This document shows positions 1 to 9,634 of a stretch of 64,000 nt of DNA, one piece after another. A model generated the notes under the pieces. That model saw only the letters and a list, made by a program, of their open reading frames with translations. It made no database searches and was not told the origin of the DNA. The translations under genes were made by a program, and so were the position numbers. The DNA is taken from assembly GCA_024682255.1 (NCBI GenBank), contig GCA_024682255.1_4716.1; one strand, given 5' to 3'. Each line of letters begins with the position of its first letter. Positions within the stretch are counted from its first letter, which is position 1. Source of the stretch: a phage.

Positions 1-26
1 AAAAAAAAAAAAAATAGTTAGCACAT

Positions 27-59
27 CTTCCTCCCTACCCATAACGGGCGGGGAGGAAG
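27..59 (-). terminator. intrinsic terminator-like hairpin followed by T14 on minus strand
   Basis: CTTCCTCCC/GGGAGGAAG stem; minus-strand U-tract (plus-strand A14 at 1-14) about 12 nt downstream. Confidence 0.45.
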
Positions 60-76
60 GTTTATGTCAATTTAAT

Positions 77-415
77 TTAGAACCAGAGTTCTTTCATGAG
101 ATAGGCTTCCATATCGTAGATAAGCCACTCGTCAGGGATTTCTAAAGGATCGTCTTCGGTTAAGGTCAGCATGTGCAGGGCGAACGCACGCTTAATATCG
201 TTCAGCAGTTTCTCGTCGTCGTAACCTTCGGGTAGTTTACGGTCAACCAGCTGGGTTTGTTTATAGACGTCGCGGAACGCTTCAGGGCTGTGTTTATCCA
301 TCGGGAATTGTTCAGCAGCCTGAACCATCGAAAGCGTCCAGCTTACAACATTGTAGCGCTCACCGTTAATTTCACTGAACTGATCATCGATTAAACAGAT
401 TTGTTGTACGTTCAT
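77..415 (-). CDS. hypothetical protein (112 aa)
   Basis: ORF in minus-strand gene array; 4-nt overlap with upstream ORF; no recognisable motif. Confidence 0.5.
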   Translation of the reverse strand: MNVQQICLIDDQFSEINGERYNVVSWTLSMVQAAEQFPMDKHSPEAFRDVYKQTQLVDRKLPEGYDDEKLLNDIKRAFALHMLTLTEDDPLEIPDEWLIYDMEAYLMKELWF

Positions 416-1305
416 TCATTTTCTCCATTCTTATCTTGGTCGCAATCACACTCTTCGACGTCTTTCTTACTTAAACGTAAGACGCTGAGTGCAGCATGCT
501 TGAGTTCTTGCAACGCGCTTTTCAGCTGACCTTCTTCATCGAAATCAAAATACTTCTCGTTGTAGCTTAACGCTGGAATCATATTTACGAGAGGTTCGAT
601 GGCAGGCATCAGCATTTCAATGACGACCTTAGGATCAACAAAGCGTTCAAACCCTTCAGGAAGTTTGCTCGCTACAACCTTATCGTTTTTGATGTAGAAT
701 TTGTTCTTGAACAAATCGTCAAGAATAGCATTCTCTTCATCCGTACGTTTTGCGTGAGGACGATCGATCATCTGCACAAACACATCGCTCAACGCTTCAG
801 GCAACGTCGGATTTTCACGAAGATAAGTTCCAGCCGGAATTTCAATATCGATCTTCGTCCACTCAACAACCTGGTGGTCTCGCGTATAGATGACGTCAAC
901 TTCCCATGCCAGGCCATCAGCGCTTTCTACAGTGTAACGTGTTTTCGCTTGACCTTCCGGAGCCATACGCTCGATAGCATCAAACATCTCGACTGGAATT
1001 TCTACCTCGCTTTCCGTTGCGTCACCTGGACCACGATACACCTTCGTGGTCATGATGTATTTCGGCTCTTCGTTATCGATCTGTATCGCACGTGCGCGCA
1101 CCTGACCTTTCACACCACCAACAGCCGTGTTATCAAACAACCATTGATGTTGCACCATATGTTCGATTTTTGATGCGACTTGACGAAGACGTTCAACACC
1201 GTCTTCAGCCAGTTTACCAAAGAAGACCAGCTCACGTTCCTGCTGTGTCTCACCACTTAACATCATTAAATTGGCGATTTGTTTCACGCCTCTTACTTGT
1301 GACAT
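412..1305 (-). CDS. hypothetical protein (297 aa)
   Basis: Long ORF, co-directional; no recognisable motif. Confidence 0.55.
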   Translation of the reverse strand: MSQVRGVKQIANLMMLSGETQQERELVFFGKLAEDGVERLRQVASKIEHMVQHQWLFDNTAVGGVKGQVRARAIQIDNEEPKYIMTTKVYRGPGDATESEVEIPVEMFDAIERMAPEGQAKTRYTVESADGLAWEVDVIYTRDHQVVEWTKIDIEIPAGTYLRENPTLPEALSDVFVQMIDRPHAKRTDEENAILDDLFKNKFYIKNDKVVASKLPEGFERFVDPKVVIEMLMPAIEPLVNMIPALSYNEKYFDFDEEGQLKSALQELKHAALSVLRLSKKDVEECDCDQDKNGENE

Positions 1306-1373
1306 ACATGCTCCGGTTATAAGGGCCTGCTTCGAGGCCCCGCATTGATTTTTGATTCCACCAAACGCTATCG

Positions 1374-2948
1374 TTACAATTCAAAATCTTCATCGATAAC
1401 ACGCTGGGTAAGCACTTTGTCGCTGAAGAACTCCACCTTGCGCTGATGGTATTTACGGTGCGCTTCAATAGAAGTACATACCAGATACCAGAACGTTGGC
1501 GTCATTCCTTCAAACTTCCCTTTCAGCTGACGCAGTCGTCCCAACACCTGAATGTTGCCGGTTCGTGACCCCATCGCTAACGTCATGAACGTCATCACCA
1601 AGTCAGGAAGGTCGATACCCGTACCTGCCGATTTCACGGTTGTAACGCTGATATCGTTATCCAACAAGACCATGAAATCTTCTTCAGCAGTATAGGGACC
1701 GATCTCTAACTCAGGAATACGTTCACTGAGATAATGCGACAACGACTTACACATATCAACGGTTGCACAATACACCAGCATCTTCATACCTTCCTGATAC
1801 TGGTTCATGAAACCCTTGATGATAACGGTATAGATGAAGTTGAAATACGCGAGTTTGAGTTGCTTGTTCTTCATGATAGACTGTTCGAATATCGTGTGTG
1901 AATAAGCTCCGCCAAACCCTTTGTATCTGACTTTATCTGTACTGCGTAGTCGATATGTTACCGCATTTACCGCAATGTATTTCTTGTATTCGCCTTTTGC
2001 ATAACGGGCTTCTTTCGGATACATCAAATACAGCATCTGTTCGATAAACGGATCATCGGATACCGCTGTTGCCGACAGATAAATGATTTCCGGAATATTG
2101 GCGTAACACTTGACCTTAAACAAGAAATGCAATGCTTCGTGACACTCGTCATGAATCAGCAAACCTATGCCGGTCTTTTCCCAAAACTCAGCGGGATGGA
2201 AGGCATATGGCACAACGCAGTTATTCTTCTCGTAGTCCGCAATATAACGTTGGAACATGTTCAAGGAGAACAATGCAATTTTGAAGTCGAGCTCACCTTG
2301 TTCAACCAAGGTTTGAAACTCCAACATACTGTAACGAGGAATGTCGGGATGCGGTGGATCCTCCTTAGCGTTCCCGCGTATCTCAATAACGTCCCCTGGT
2401 TCCATCCCGAAGAAGTTCAGCAGTGAGCTTCGCCAACCTGGCATGTATCTCGGCGACAGAATGATGCCCGTCCGTACACCACGTCGGAAGGTAATCTCCT
2501 GCGACATGGCCGTTTTTCCTGACCCCGTTTGAGCGGTGTTTAGGCTCATTCTGAAGGGGGTATCCTTACCCCCGTCCATGTACTCCAACCATTCTTGCTG
2601 ATCTTGACGCCATGGAAACTTCCATTTCTTTACGAACTCCACTTCCTTACCTGGTACCGGATCGTGATAAACGATTTCCAACCACTCTTTTCGGATTCCT
2701 CGAGAGAAGATAAAATCCAAAAACGATTTCAACTGTTCACGGAGTAAGTATACCTCGCTATAATCGCTTCTCGCTGCGGCATACGTGTTTATGGTATCGG
2801 TAACCATTCTCCGTGTACGAGGGTCACGCCGTTTCCTCAGATGCAAACAACGGTCTCGAAGGTAATGGCCGATAAGATGGGCAAATCGAAGTCCGTATCC
2901 GCTCAGCCTCATGCCATGCGAGAAGACGTCGATACGAGCTAACTTCAT
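1374..2948 (-). CDS. SF2 (DExH-type) helicase
   Basis: Walker A TGSGKT, Walker B/motif II LLIHDECHE, downstream helicase-C-like SAGTGIDLPDL; 524 aa. Confidence 0.75.
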   Translation of the reverse strand: MKLARIDVFSHGMRLSGYGLRFAHLIGHYLRDRCLHLRKRRDPRTRRMVTDTINTYAAARSDYSEVYLLREQLKSFLDFIFSRGIRKEWLEIVYHDPVPGKEVEFVKKWKFPWRQDQQEWLEYMDGGKDTPFRMSLNTAQTGSGKTAMSQEITFRRGVRTGIILSPRYMPGWRSSLLNFFGMEPGDVIEIRGNAKEDPPHPDIPRYSMLEFQTLVEQGELDFKIALFSLNMFQRYIADYEKNNCVVPYAFHPAEFWEKTGIGLLIHDECHEALHFLFKVKCYANIPEIIYLSATAVSDDPFIEQMLYLMYPKEARYAKGEYKKYIAVNAVTYRLRSTDKVRYKGFGGAYSHTIFEQSIMKNKQLKLAYFNFIYTVIIKGFMNQYQEGMKMLVYCATVDMCKSLSHYLSERIPELEIGPYTAEEDFMVLLDNDISVTTVKSAGTGIDLPDLVMTFMTLAMGSRTGNIQVLGRLRQLKGKFEGMTPTFWYLVCTSIEAHRKYHQRKVEFFSDKVLTQRVIDEDFEL

Positions 2949-4951
2949 AACGTGATTACATCCTCCGGTTTAGGTTCTTTACGCGGTAACAGCATGTAGT
3001 CGATCGGATGATCCGGCTTCATGGTTGGGATATAACTGTTCGGGTTTTGGAACGCATCCAGTTGCTCTTGGTGAGCGAACTTCATACTCAAGGAGCGCAT
3101 GTTCATGTTCTTCTTGAAGGTACTGAAGTATCGTGTTGTTCCCTGTTTCGGCATGCGATAATCTTTCGTGTGTGGCGAACGAATCATGCTGGCGTAGAGA
3201 ATAACATCGAGATGCGAAAGGTTCATTCGTAGACGCTGGGCACACAGACGATGCCAATAGTACAGCACGTTTGCAACTTCTTCCGGCGTTGCTTCGTCTT
3301 CCGAAAGGAATCCGGCACTGAAAGAACCTTTCCCGAATTTGAATTCACGTTCGATTTCTTTTGCGTATTCCATCATGTTTTTGTGGATTAACGGCATCTG
3401 GAATAACGTACGTGAATTGTCCCAATGTTTCAAGTCGAAAATCACAATCCCGTCAGACGTCACTTCCCAGCTATGGCGTTTAAGATAACGGATAAACGCT
3501 TTACTCGGTACAACAGGACGGCCGCAGAAATCGAAATTGACTTTGAGCTTACGATAGCTTTCATCTTTCCTGTCGTAAATCTCCATATCGCAAAGCGTCA
3601 TGTTAAACAGGCGTTGCGGTATCAGCGAACTGATTTCTTCCGCTTCCGCTACGTCGTACAACATGTTCGCAAGACCTAACTTCATCTTAATCAGCACGTG
3701 TTTACCTTTCAGCTCACGTGCGAGTTTGATGTCGTTCATGTTCTGGCTATAGCGAAGGATATGTTGATATTCCGGTGGGATTGGTGCTGTGGATACCGTT
3801 GACGAACCATCGTGGTGTTTGGTAGAAAGAATGTTCTGCGTTACCTGTTGCGAACAGGTGCGCGCTGCGCCATCGCCGACATTATCAGTCAATGCGAAGT
3901 TATGACTTAATTCACCGTAACACGTCGTGCATACCCCAGCAGGATCGGGATGATGGCAATAGTTAACGGAGCGCATGCGTACCGTCGTACCAATCAATTC
4001 TTTCATGTGTGGTTGTATCGCTACCAACGAACCATCATCACGAATAATGAATCGACCATGGAAGCCACGCAGGTCGGTCTCATCACGGATTGGCATCGGG
4101 ATGGTCTCTTTACTACCACAATCACCAGGATGGAGTCGTTGTACAACCGCTGTCGCTATCTGAAGTTCACGACCGAAATATTCAGACTTTTTAATCTGCT
4201 CTTTGTTGAACAGCAACGATTTCGCCGCAGAACGACTTTCTTTCAAGCTGTCAGGAAGAGAGATCAAACCAGCTGCGTATGACCGCATCACTGGGTCACG
4301 GAATATCTCGGAGTTAATATCAGTCAAGAATCCACGCATCCCAATACACTGCAGCACCTGTCCGATCGAAACGTGTTCGGTTCTTACCGCACGTGCGATA
4401 GGGTTTGCATGTAACGTTTTATCGGTGCTCAGTACCTTTGTCAGTTTCTTGTATGCGCTTTCAATGCCTTCGCGGGTGGGTTCCGCTTCGGCGATGATTT
4501 TCTTAACTTCGGGGTGTACGGTAATCTGATAAAAATCGTCTGCGCAAATCGTTGTTACGTATTCCTCCAACGCATACGTAAAGAAGTTATACACATTGTT
4601 AAACATATCGAACAGTGCTTTCCAGAGAACCTCACGATTCTCTTGTGGGTAAGCATACATGCATTGACGATACGCGGCGCTTTGCAACGCAACCGATGAA
4701 CCCGCTGTGAACTTGCGTTTATCAACCAGGTTCTCTTTTGTCAATGGTGTCTCAGGATACATGCGATGCACAGACCAGTGCATGTAACTAAAGAAAATGC
4801 GTCGCGCACGCAACTCATGAACGCCATCGTCCATCTCGATATACACACGGTCATTAGGCTGTGCCCACTCGAACACCTCATCAACCGGCCAATGCATAAG
4901 CTCGCGTGCCCTCACACGACGTTTCGTGGTGGTTGTCTGTGTTGTAATCAT
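2945..4951 (-). CDS. multisubunit RNA polymerase beta-prime-like subunit, C-terminal piece
   Basis: 668 aa; NYCHHPDPAGVCTTCYGEL matches the bacterial beta-prime C-terminal Zn-binding segment (E. coli SCDTDFGVCAHCYGRDL); ATGA overlap with helicase gene. Confidence 0.7.
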   Translation of the reverse strand: MITTQTTTTKRRVRARELMHWPVDEVFEWAQPNDRVYIEMDDGVHELRARRIFFSYMHWSVHRMYPETPLTKENLVDKRKFTAGSSVALQSAAYRQCMYAYPQENREVLWKALFDMFNNVYNFFTYALEEYVTTICADDFYQITVHPEVKKIIAEAEPTREGIESAYKKLTKVLSTDKTLHANPIARAVRTEHVSIGQVLQCIGMRGFLTDINSEIFRDPVMRSYAAGLISLPDSLKESRSAAKSLLFNKEQIKKSEYFGRELQIATAVVQRLHPGDCGSKETIPMPIRDETDLRGFHGRFIIRDDGSLVAIQPHMKELIGTTVRMRSVNYCHHPDPAGVCTTCYGELSHNFALTDNVGDGAARTCSQQVTQNILSTKHHDGSSTVSTAPIPPEYQHILRYSQNMNDIKLARELKGKHVLIKMKLGLANMLYDVAEAEEISSLIPQRLFNMTLCDMEIYDRKDESYRKLKVNFDFCGRPVVPSKAFIRYLKRHSWEVTSDGIVIFDLKHWDNSRTLFQMPLIHKNMMEYAKEIEREFKFGKGSFSAGFLSEDEATPEEVANVLYYWHRLCAQRLRMNLSHLDVILYASMIRSPHTKDYRMPKQGTTRYFSTFKKNMNMRSLSMKFAHQEQLDAFQNPNSYIPTMKPDHPIDYMLLPRKEPKPEDVITL

Positions 4952-5096
4952 TATTACTTTCCGATTTAAATGGTTTTATCATACGGTTTACCAATTCCGT
5001 TGGAGTTTACTATCGTTGTGATAGCATCGGGAATCCCTTCCCTTAGGTTATGTAGGTGTTAATATATCTCCACTGCTGACCTTTATGTCGGCAGCA

Positions 5097-5582
5097 CTAT
5101 CCAGCTTTCTGTTGTAAAGCGTATGGATCCATAGCGTCTGACATATCCGCAAAAACGGTGAGAATAAACCCCTTTATCTGTCTCACTTCGGTCACACGCA
5201 ATCCTTTATCGTTACGATATACGTTTTCCTCACCAACCAACTTTGGTCGGATAACATAAACGCCATCAACAAACGGGAATGTCGAATACGGATAAACACC
5301 AATAGAAATGATGTTTGGATGATCGCCTCGAAGGTCACGTCCGAACTTATCGACTCGGCCATAAACCGTTCCATCCACACCCTCCACTTCAATAAGGTCG
5401 TTACGAATATCCTGAAATAGCTGCTCTAACGTGTCGGCGGGGTACGTATATGCGACGCCTAACGCTGGATCCTCGATCGTTTTGACATTGAATCCGTTAA
5501 GCCAAACAATCCGTTCATCCGCCCATGTTTCTTCATATACCGTTAATCCATCGCCGTATATGTTGGCGTGTGCTATCTCCAT
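5097..5582 (-). CDS. hypothetical protein (161 aa)
   Basis: ORF in minus-strand array. Confidence 0.5.
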   Translation of the reverse strand: MEIAHANIYGDGLTVYEETWADERIVWLNGFNVKTIEDPALGVAYTYPADTLEQLFQDIRNDLIEVEGVDGTVYGRVDKFGRDLRGDHPNIISIGVYPYSTFPFVDGVYVIRPKLVGEENVYRNDKGLRVTEVRQIKGFILTVFADMSDAMDPYALQQKAG

Positions 5583-5739
5583 AATCTCATTTCCTCTTCT
5601 ACGTTAGGATAGATGACATGTTGGATATACGTTGTCTTTGCATATATTGCTTTATTTCCGTCAGAAATAACGGAAAATAAAAACAACGACATAGTTCCCT
5701 CCCACCTCCACATGGGAGAGGGAGGGCTATTCGTGTTTA

Positions 5740-6102
5740 TTACTCGATGCTGTCTTCTTCCGTATCTTCCTCTTCGGAACCATCGAATGCACTCATTGTG
5801 ACGGTGGTATCCCAGTTAGCGGCGTAATCAGCCATCGCTTCACGCAGCGCTTCTTCACCAGCATCACCAGCCAGGTCAAGTACAACTAAACCTTGTGCGA
5901 CGTTTTGAGCAACGGTATCAATAACGGTTGCATCTTCTTCAAAACTACGTACCGGTTCAATGGTACCTACATCAACAGCGTAGTTCGTGGTTGCGGTGAG
6001 CACGGCGACTTGTAGCGCATTGCTATCTTCATCATGCAGTGCTGCTTCAATACCGATTGGACGAGCCAGTTCTTGCAGTGTTAATTTGCGAATTAAGTTC
6101 AT
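5740..6102 (-). CDS. hypothetical acidic protein (120 aa)
   Basis: ORF; acidic C-terminal tail EEEDTEEDSIE. Confidence 0.5.
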   Translation of the reverse strand: MNLIRKLTLQELARPIGIEAALHDEDSNALQVAVLTATTNYAVDVGTIEPVRSFEEDATVIDTVAQNVAQGLVVLDLAGDAGEEALREAMADYAANWDTTVTMSAFDGSEEEDTEEDSIE

Positions 6103-6124
6103 TATGTTTTTCCTCAGGTGAATG

Positions 6125-6553
6125 TTAGCAATCGTTTAAAACTTTTTCGATACGGTGGTTGACAAGTTCATTGAATGACTCTTCAACTTGTTCAATGATT
6201 TCATCAACGTCGATATCTAATTGTTGGGGTTGGATAACATGCTCTTTCATGGTTTCCAGCCAGTATTCGGCTTTAACCATGACGTTAGCGACGTGTTCGA
6301 CCTGGCTGCGTATGTCGACGATCTGGCAGTCAGGATTGTTAATGTCGATGATGTGTCCGTGGTGGTTGATAAAACCTAGCTTATTTGATGCCCTTACCGC
6401 ATCACGAGTCAGTTCTTGCAAGATTAAATTATTGACGTAGTTCACTGCTACGGAACGATTTTCGTTATCACTCATACCAGGGATCCTCTTTAAGTCTTCA
6501 CATTCTAGTGTTAAGCAGTTAAAATAAACCGTTCCTTTAATCAGCATAAACAT
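6125..6553 (-). CDS. hypothetical protein (142 aa)
   Basis: ORF in minus-strand array. Confidence 0.5.
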   Translation of the reverse strand: MFMLIKGTVYFNCLTLECEDLKRIPGMSDNENRSVAVNYVNNLILQELTRDAVRASNKLGFINHHGHIIDINNPDCQIVDIRSQVEHVANVMVKAEYWLETMKEHVIQPQQLDIDVDEIIEQVEESFNELVNHRIEKVLNDC

Positions 6554-6593
6554 CCTCCTCCCACCACATGGGCAGGAGGAGGCGTAATATGCA

Positions 6594-7004
6594 TCAGAAA
6601 GGAGGACGATCTTTAAATTCTAGCAACGTGTCTTCGAAGCAAGCAATAAGTTCAGACTGCAATTCGGTACGGCCTTGTTCACCGAAGAGTTCCAGCAACA
6701 TTAATCCCCGAGCGGTCTTCGTAGCAACCTCTTCGCAGATGCGGAGATCGTGAACCGCATCATCGTTGACATCTTTACGCAACTGCGCTGCAATGGACTT
6801 AAGATTGCCGTCTTCATCGTGTTCGTCACGAAATGCATCATAAGCCGCATCGATGTTCGCGATCCGTGTCAATCCTTCAGAATCCCGCCAGTCTCGATAT
6901 AATCCAAGCAGACGGTTATGATTCTTCGTTTTGACGTTCGGTGCTGGAAGGTTGCGCAACAGATGTGGTGTAATCATTGCTATCACGCTATCCGAATGAT
7001 CCAT
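6594..7004 (-). CDS. hypothetical protein (136 aa)
   Basis: ORF in minus-strand array. Confidence 0.5.
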   Translation of the reverse strand: MDHSDSVIAMITPHLLRNLPAPNVKTKNHNRLLGLYRDWRDSEGLTRIANIDAAYDAFRDEHDEDGNLKSIAAQLRKDVNDDAVHDLRICEEVATKTARGLMLLELFGEQGRTELQSELIACFEDTLLEFKDRPPF

Positions 7005-7015
7005 CGTATACCTCG

Positions 7016-9184
7016 TTAGCTTTCGCAGTCATCTGCGTCGATGATTTGTCCGCCAGCAACATTCAGTTGATGATACAGGATCCTCAACGCACGGTTGCCA
7101 CCAATGGGATACTTCTCGAAGTTGGTCGCAATAGGAATCGCTGACGGTTTATCGGTCGCGTAGATGCTTTCAGTGATGCTATCCACCTGTTTTGGATTGT
7201 TCGCATAATCCATAAAGACGCTTGCGAACCATCCGCCAGCAAAGGCGGTAACTTCGCGATGTTCAGATTCACCACAGTAACGAGTTGGTTGCTCTTTACC
7301 CGGAGAACTGTATTTATCGCTATTACTGAGTTTCGACGGTAATCCATGCGCTTGCAATTTAGGAATACCCACCGCAGACCAATCGTTCGCCGTCTTCTCC
7401 AACATCATGATGTACGTGTCGCCGATCGCAATATCGTTCTTGGTTGTCCGCCACTGCCCAGAACGCCCACGGTACCGTACAGGACCTTTCTTCAACGGGA
7501 ACTCACGAATCAGATTCTCCATACGTTCTGAACCTGCCGCGATACTGTCCGTCGGGATATAAACTTCCGTACCGTGGCGTTGTACGTACCGTAAATGATC
7601 CCATTTATCCTCATCCGTGATACAGTATTTTTCAACAACCTGTTCCACGAACTCAGGACTGACGATATAGTAGTAACGCATCAGTGTGTTCCAAGCGGTC
7701 TCCAGATCGCCTGCATCCATCACCGGTTTCAGTTCACGCATGATCTGATCACCAACGCCGTTGATGTACGGTGCGTTAACACGACTTAAACTCATCCTTT
7801 TGATTACCGTACTATCGTCGAACATGAAGTCCGCAACGTTACCCCATTGGTCGACCGGCATTTCATCGTCTTCCATGATGTCGGTTACGACGAATTTATC
7901 ACCCGCCATACCGGTGAATTTAAACCCGATACCTGGAACAACGTCGTAGGTGTACGTGATGGTCACACGCCAATCATCGAGATTCTCTTTACGGTAATCG
8001 CGGGTTGGTAACACATGACGAAGCTGTCCGTTCGGATTGCGGATATCAATGCCGTGTTCAGCATCAGCCAGGTTCAACCACCACATCACCGTTTGATGAT
8101 GACGTATCGGCGTACCAACGCGTTCACGTTCGTACTTACGAACAGCATCCTGAATTCGGGTGTAAAGCAAACCGATCGCGTTCTCGTATTTCAGGAATTG
8201 ACGATACGGTGGGCGCATCTTCTCTTCCATCATAATCGCACGCTCGCGGGCTTGACGTCCAGAACGACGATGTCGATCGCTGACAACATCGATATCCGTT
8301 ACACGCGCATTCGGTTCAGCGTAAGTGAGATCATCGTAAACATAATCCACACGCTGAAGGTTACACGTCATCATGTCAACAACGCTAAGGATAGGATCGA
8401 TTTCGCGTGTTGCTGCAAGTAACCCATCTTTACGAATACGTTCACCGTTCTCGGGTATTGCTTGGTATACCTCATCATCACCGTAGAGATTGATTGGGTA
8501 TCGTGATTTACCTGACGTGATTGTTCGCTTCTCAATGCCGGTGCTGGTGAAATGCTTCAATACACCACGACGGGCAACACCACCATCCTCGATACATTGA
8601 TAGAAGCTACCGAAACACACCTTGCAATCGCGACCGTAACCCCACTCACGTGTTTCTTGATTGATCGCTGGGCTTTCCATCAAACGAGAATATCGCGGTA
8701 CGATCTGGCCTCGACGAAGGGAATGGAACAAGTTGGTTGGTCGAAAACGGAAACCGTACTGCTGATGCATGATGTGATGCTCGGGCACTTCAAGCAAGCG
8801 TAGCTCGTGACGGTTACCATCCTCTTGGTTTTCATACAGCACGTAATGCATCGTGTTTGTTTTGATGCTGTTTGCTGTATGCCCTGGTTGGAAACGTGGG
8901 ATGATATCTATGATGCGAGATTCGACTGGAAACTCTACTGACCAAGTGTTCTGTCCGTACTGGTATTCAATCCCCGTCGTTAGTCGGGACGGTTTCGCAT
9001 CTTTGATAACCAACGCTTGGCTAAGATGTCCGCCAAACATCGCAGCGCGCTGTGCTGAGTTATAATGCAATAGCCCGTTAAGTCCAGTCCCTACGCCAGT
9101 ATACTCCTGTTTAATGGGAATGATTTTACCTTCAGCGATTGCCTGCTTCACAGATTCATAAAGAGGTTTTTCTTTATAATGCAT
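7016..9184 (-). CDS. multisubunit RNA polymerase beta-like subunit, C-terminal piece
   Basis: LHYNSAQRAAMFGGHLSQAL ~ E. coli beta EHDDANRALMGANMQRQAV; AGDKFVVTDIMEDDEMPVDQWGNVADF...IKRM ~ GDKMAGRHGNKG...EDMPYDENGTPVD...SRM; C-terminal GESEHREV..A ~ GGQRFGEMEVWA. Likely start is internal ATG at 9184 (MHYKEK...); ORF track extends to 9349. Confidence 0.72.
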   Translation of the reverse strand: MHYKEKPLYESVKQAIAEGKIIPIKQEYTGVGTGLNGLLHYNSAQRAAMFGGHLSQALVIKDAKPSRLTTGIEYQYGQNTWSVEFPVESRIIDIIPRFQPGHTANSIKTNTMHYVLYENQEDGNRHELRLLEVPEHHIMHQQYGFRFRPTNLFHSLRRGQIVPRYSRLMESPAINQETREWGYGRDCKVCFGSFYQCIEDGGVARRGVLKHFTSTGIEKRTITSGKSRYPINLYGDDEVYQAIPENGERIRKDGLLAATREIDPILSVVDMMTCNLQRVDYVYDDLTYAEPNARVTDIDVVSDRHRRSGRQARERAIMMEEKMRPPYRQFLKYENAIGLLYTRIQDAVRKYERERVGTPIRHHQTVMWWLNLADAEHGIDIRNPNGQLRHVLPTRDYRKENLDDWRVTITYTYDVVPGIGFKFTGMAGDKFVVTDIMEDDEMPVDQWGNVADFMFDDSTVIKRMSLSRVNAPYINGVGDQIMRELKPVMDAGDLETAWNTLMRYYYIVSPEFVEQVVEKYCITDEDKWDHLRYVQRHGTEVYIPTDSIAAGSERMENLIREFPLKKGPVRYRGRSGQWRTTKNDIAIGDTYIMMLEKTANDWSAVGIPKLQAHGLPSKLSNSDKYSSPGKEQPTRYCGESEHREVTAFAGGWFASVFMDYANNPKQVDSITESIYATDKPSAIPIATNFEKYPIGGNRALRILYHQLNVAGGQIIDADDCES

Positions 9185-9215
9185 AGGACTTCCTATTATC
9201 GAATTGAGGTACGTC

Positions 9216-9569
9216 ATGTCTAACACGCCCCTGAACGACTTTCTTAAGACAAACCCCGATGACCTCATCCACGATCTTGATTTCAGGAACGTTGTTGAGA
9301 TGCATCTGGAATATTTCAAAAATGCCGGACTGGTCTCTACGATAGACATACCACCCGAACGTGCCTACGAATTCGATGGTAACTTTTATGGATTGTGCCG
9401 TGTTCTGCTCGGCGAGGGTAGCGAACCAATGCACTGGATAACCATGAGACTCAATGGTTATCGTGACCCTACGGAATACACCGCCGATGTTCTAACCATG
9501 AAGATTGTCGATACAAGCGCAATCAACACATTAAAACAACAGTACCGCACAATCCACTACAGCGCTTAA
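9216..9569 (+). CDS. hypothetical protein (117 aa)
   Basis: ATG at 9216 preceded by GAGGT RBS; divergent from beta gene; followed by hairpin terminator. Confidence 0.5.
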   Translation: MSNTPLNDFLKTNPDDLIHDLDFRNVVEMHLEYFKNAGLVSTIDIPPERAYEFDGNFYGLCRVLLGEGSEPMHWITMRLNGYRDPTEYTADVLTMKIVDTSAINTLKQQYRTIHYSA

Positions 9570-9574
9570 GATAA

Positions 9575-9603
9575 CCCTCCCACAGCGTAAAGCGTAGGGA
9601 GGG
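9575..9603. terminator. bidirectional terminator hairpin between convergent genes
   Basis: CCCTCCC ... GGGAGGG stem followed by CATTTAT on plus strand. Confidence 0.45.
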
Positions 9604-9634
9604 CATTTATGCCGTCGTTCGCTGACTTAATACA

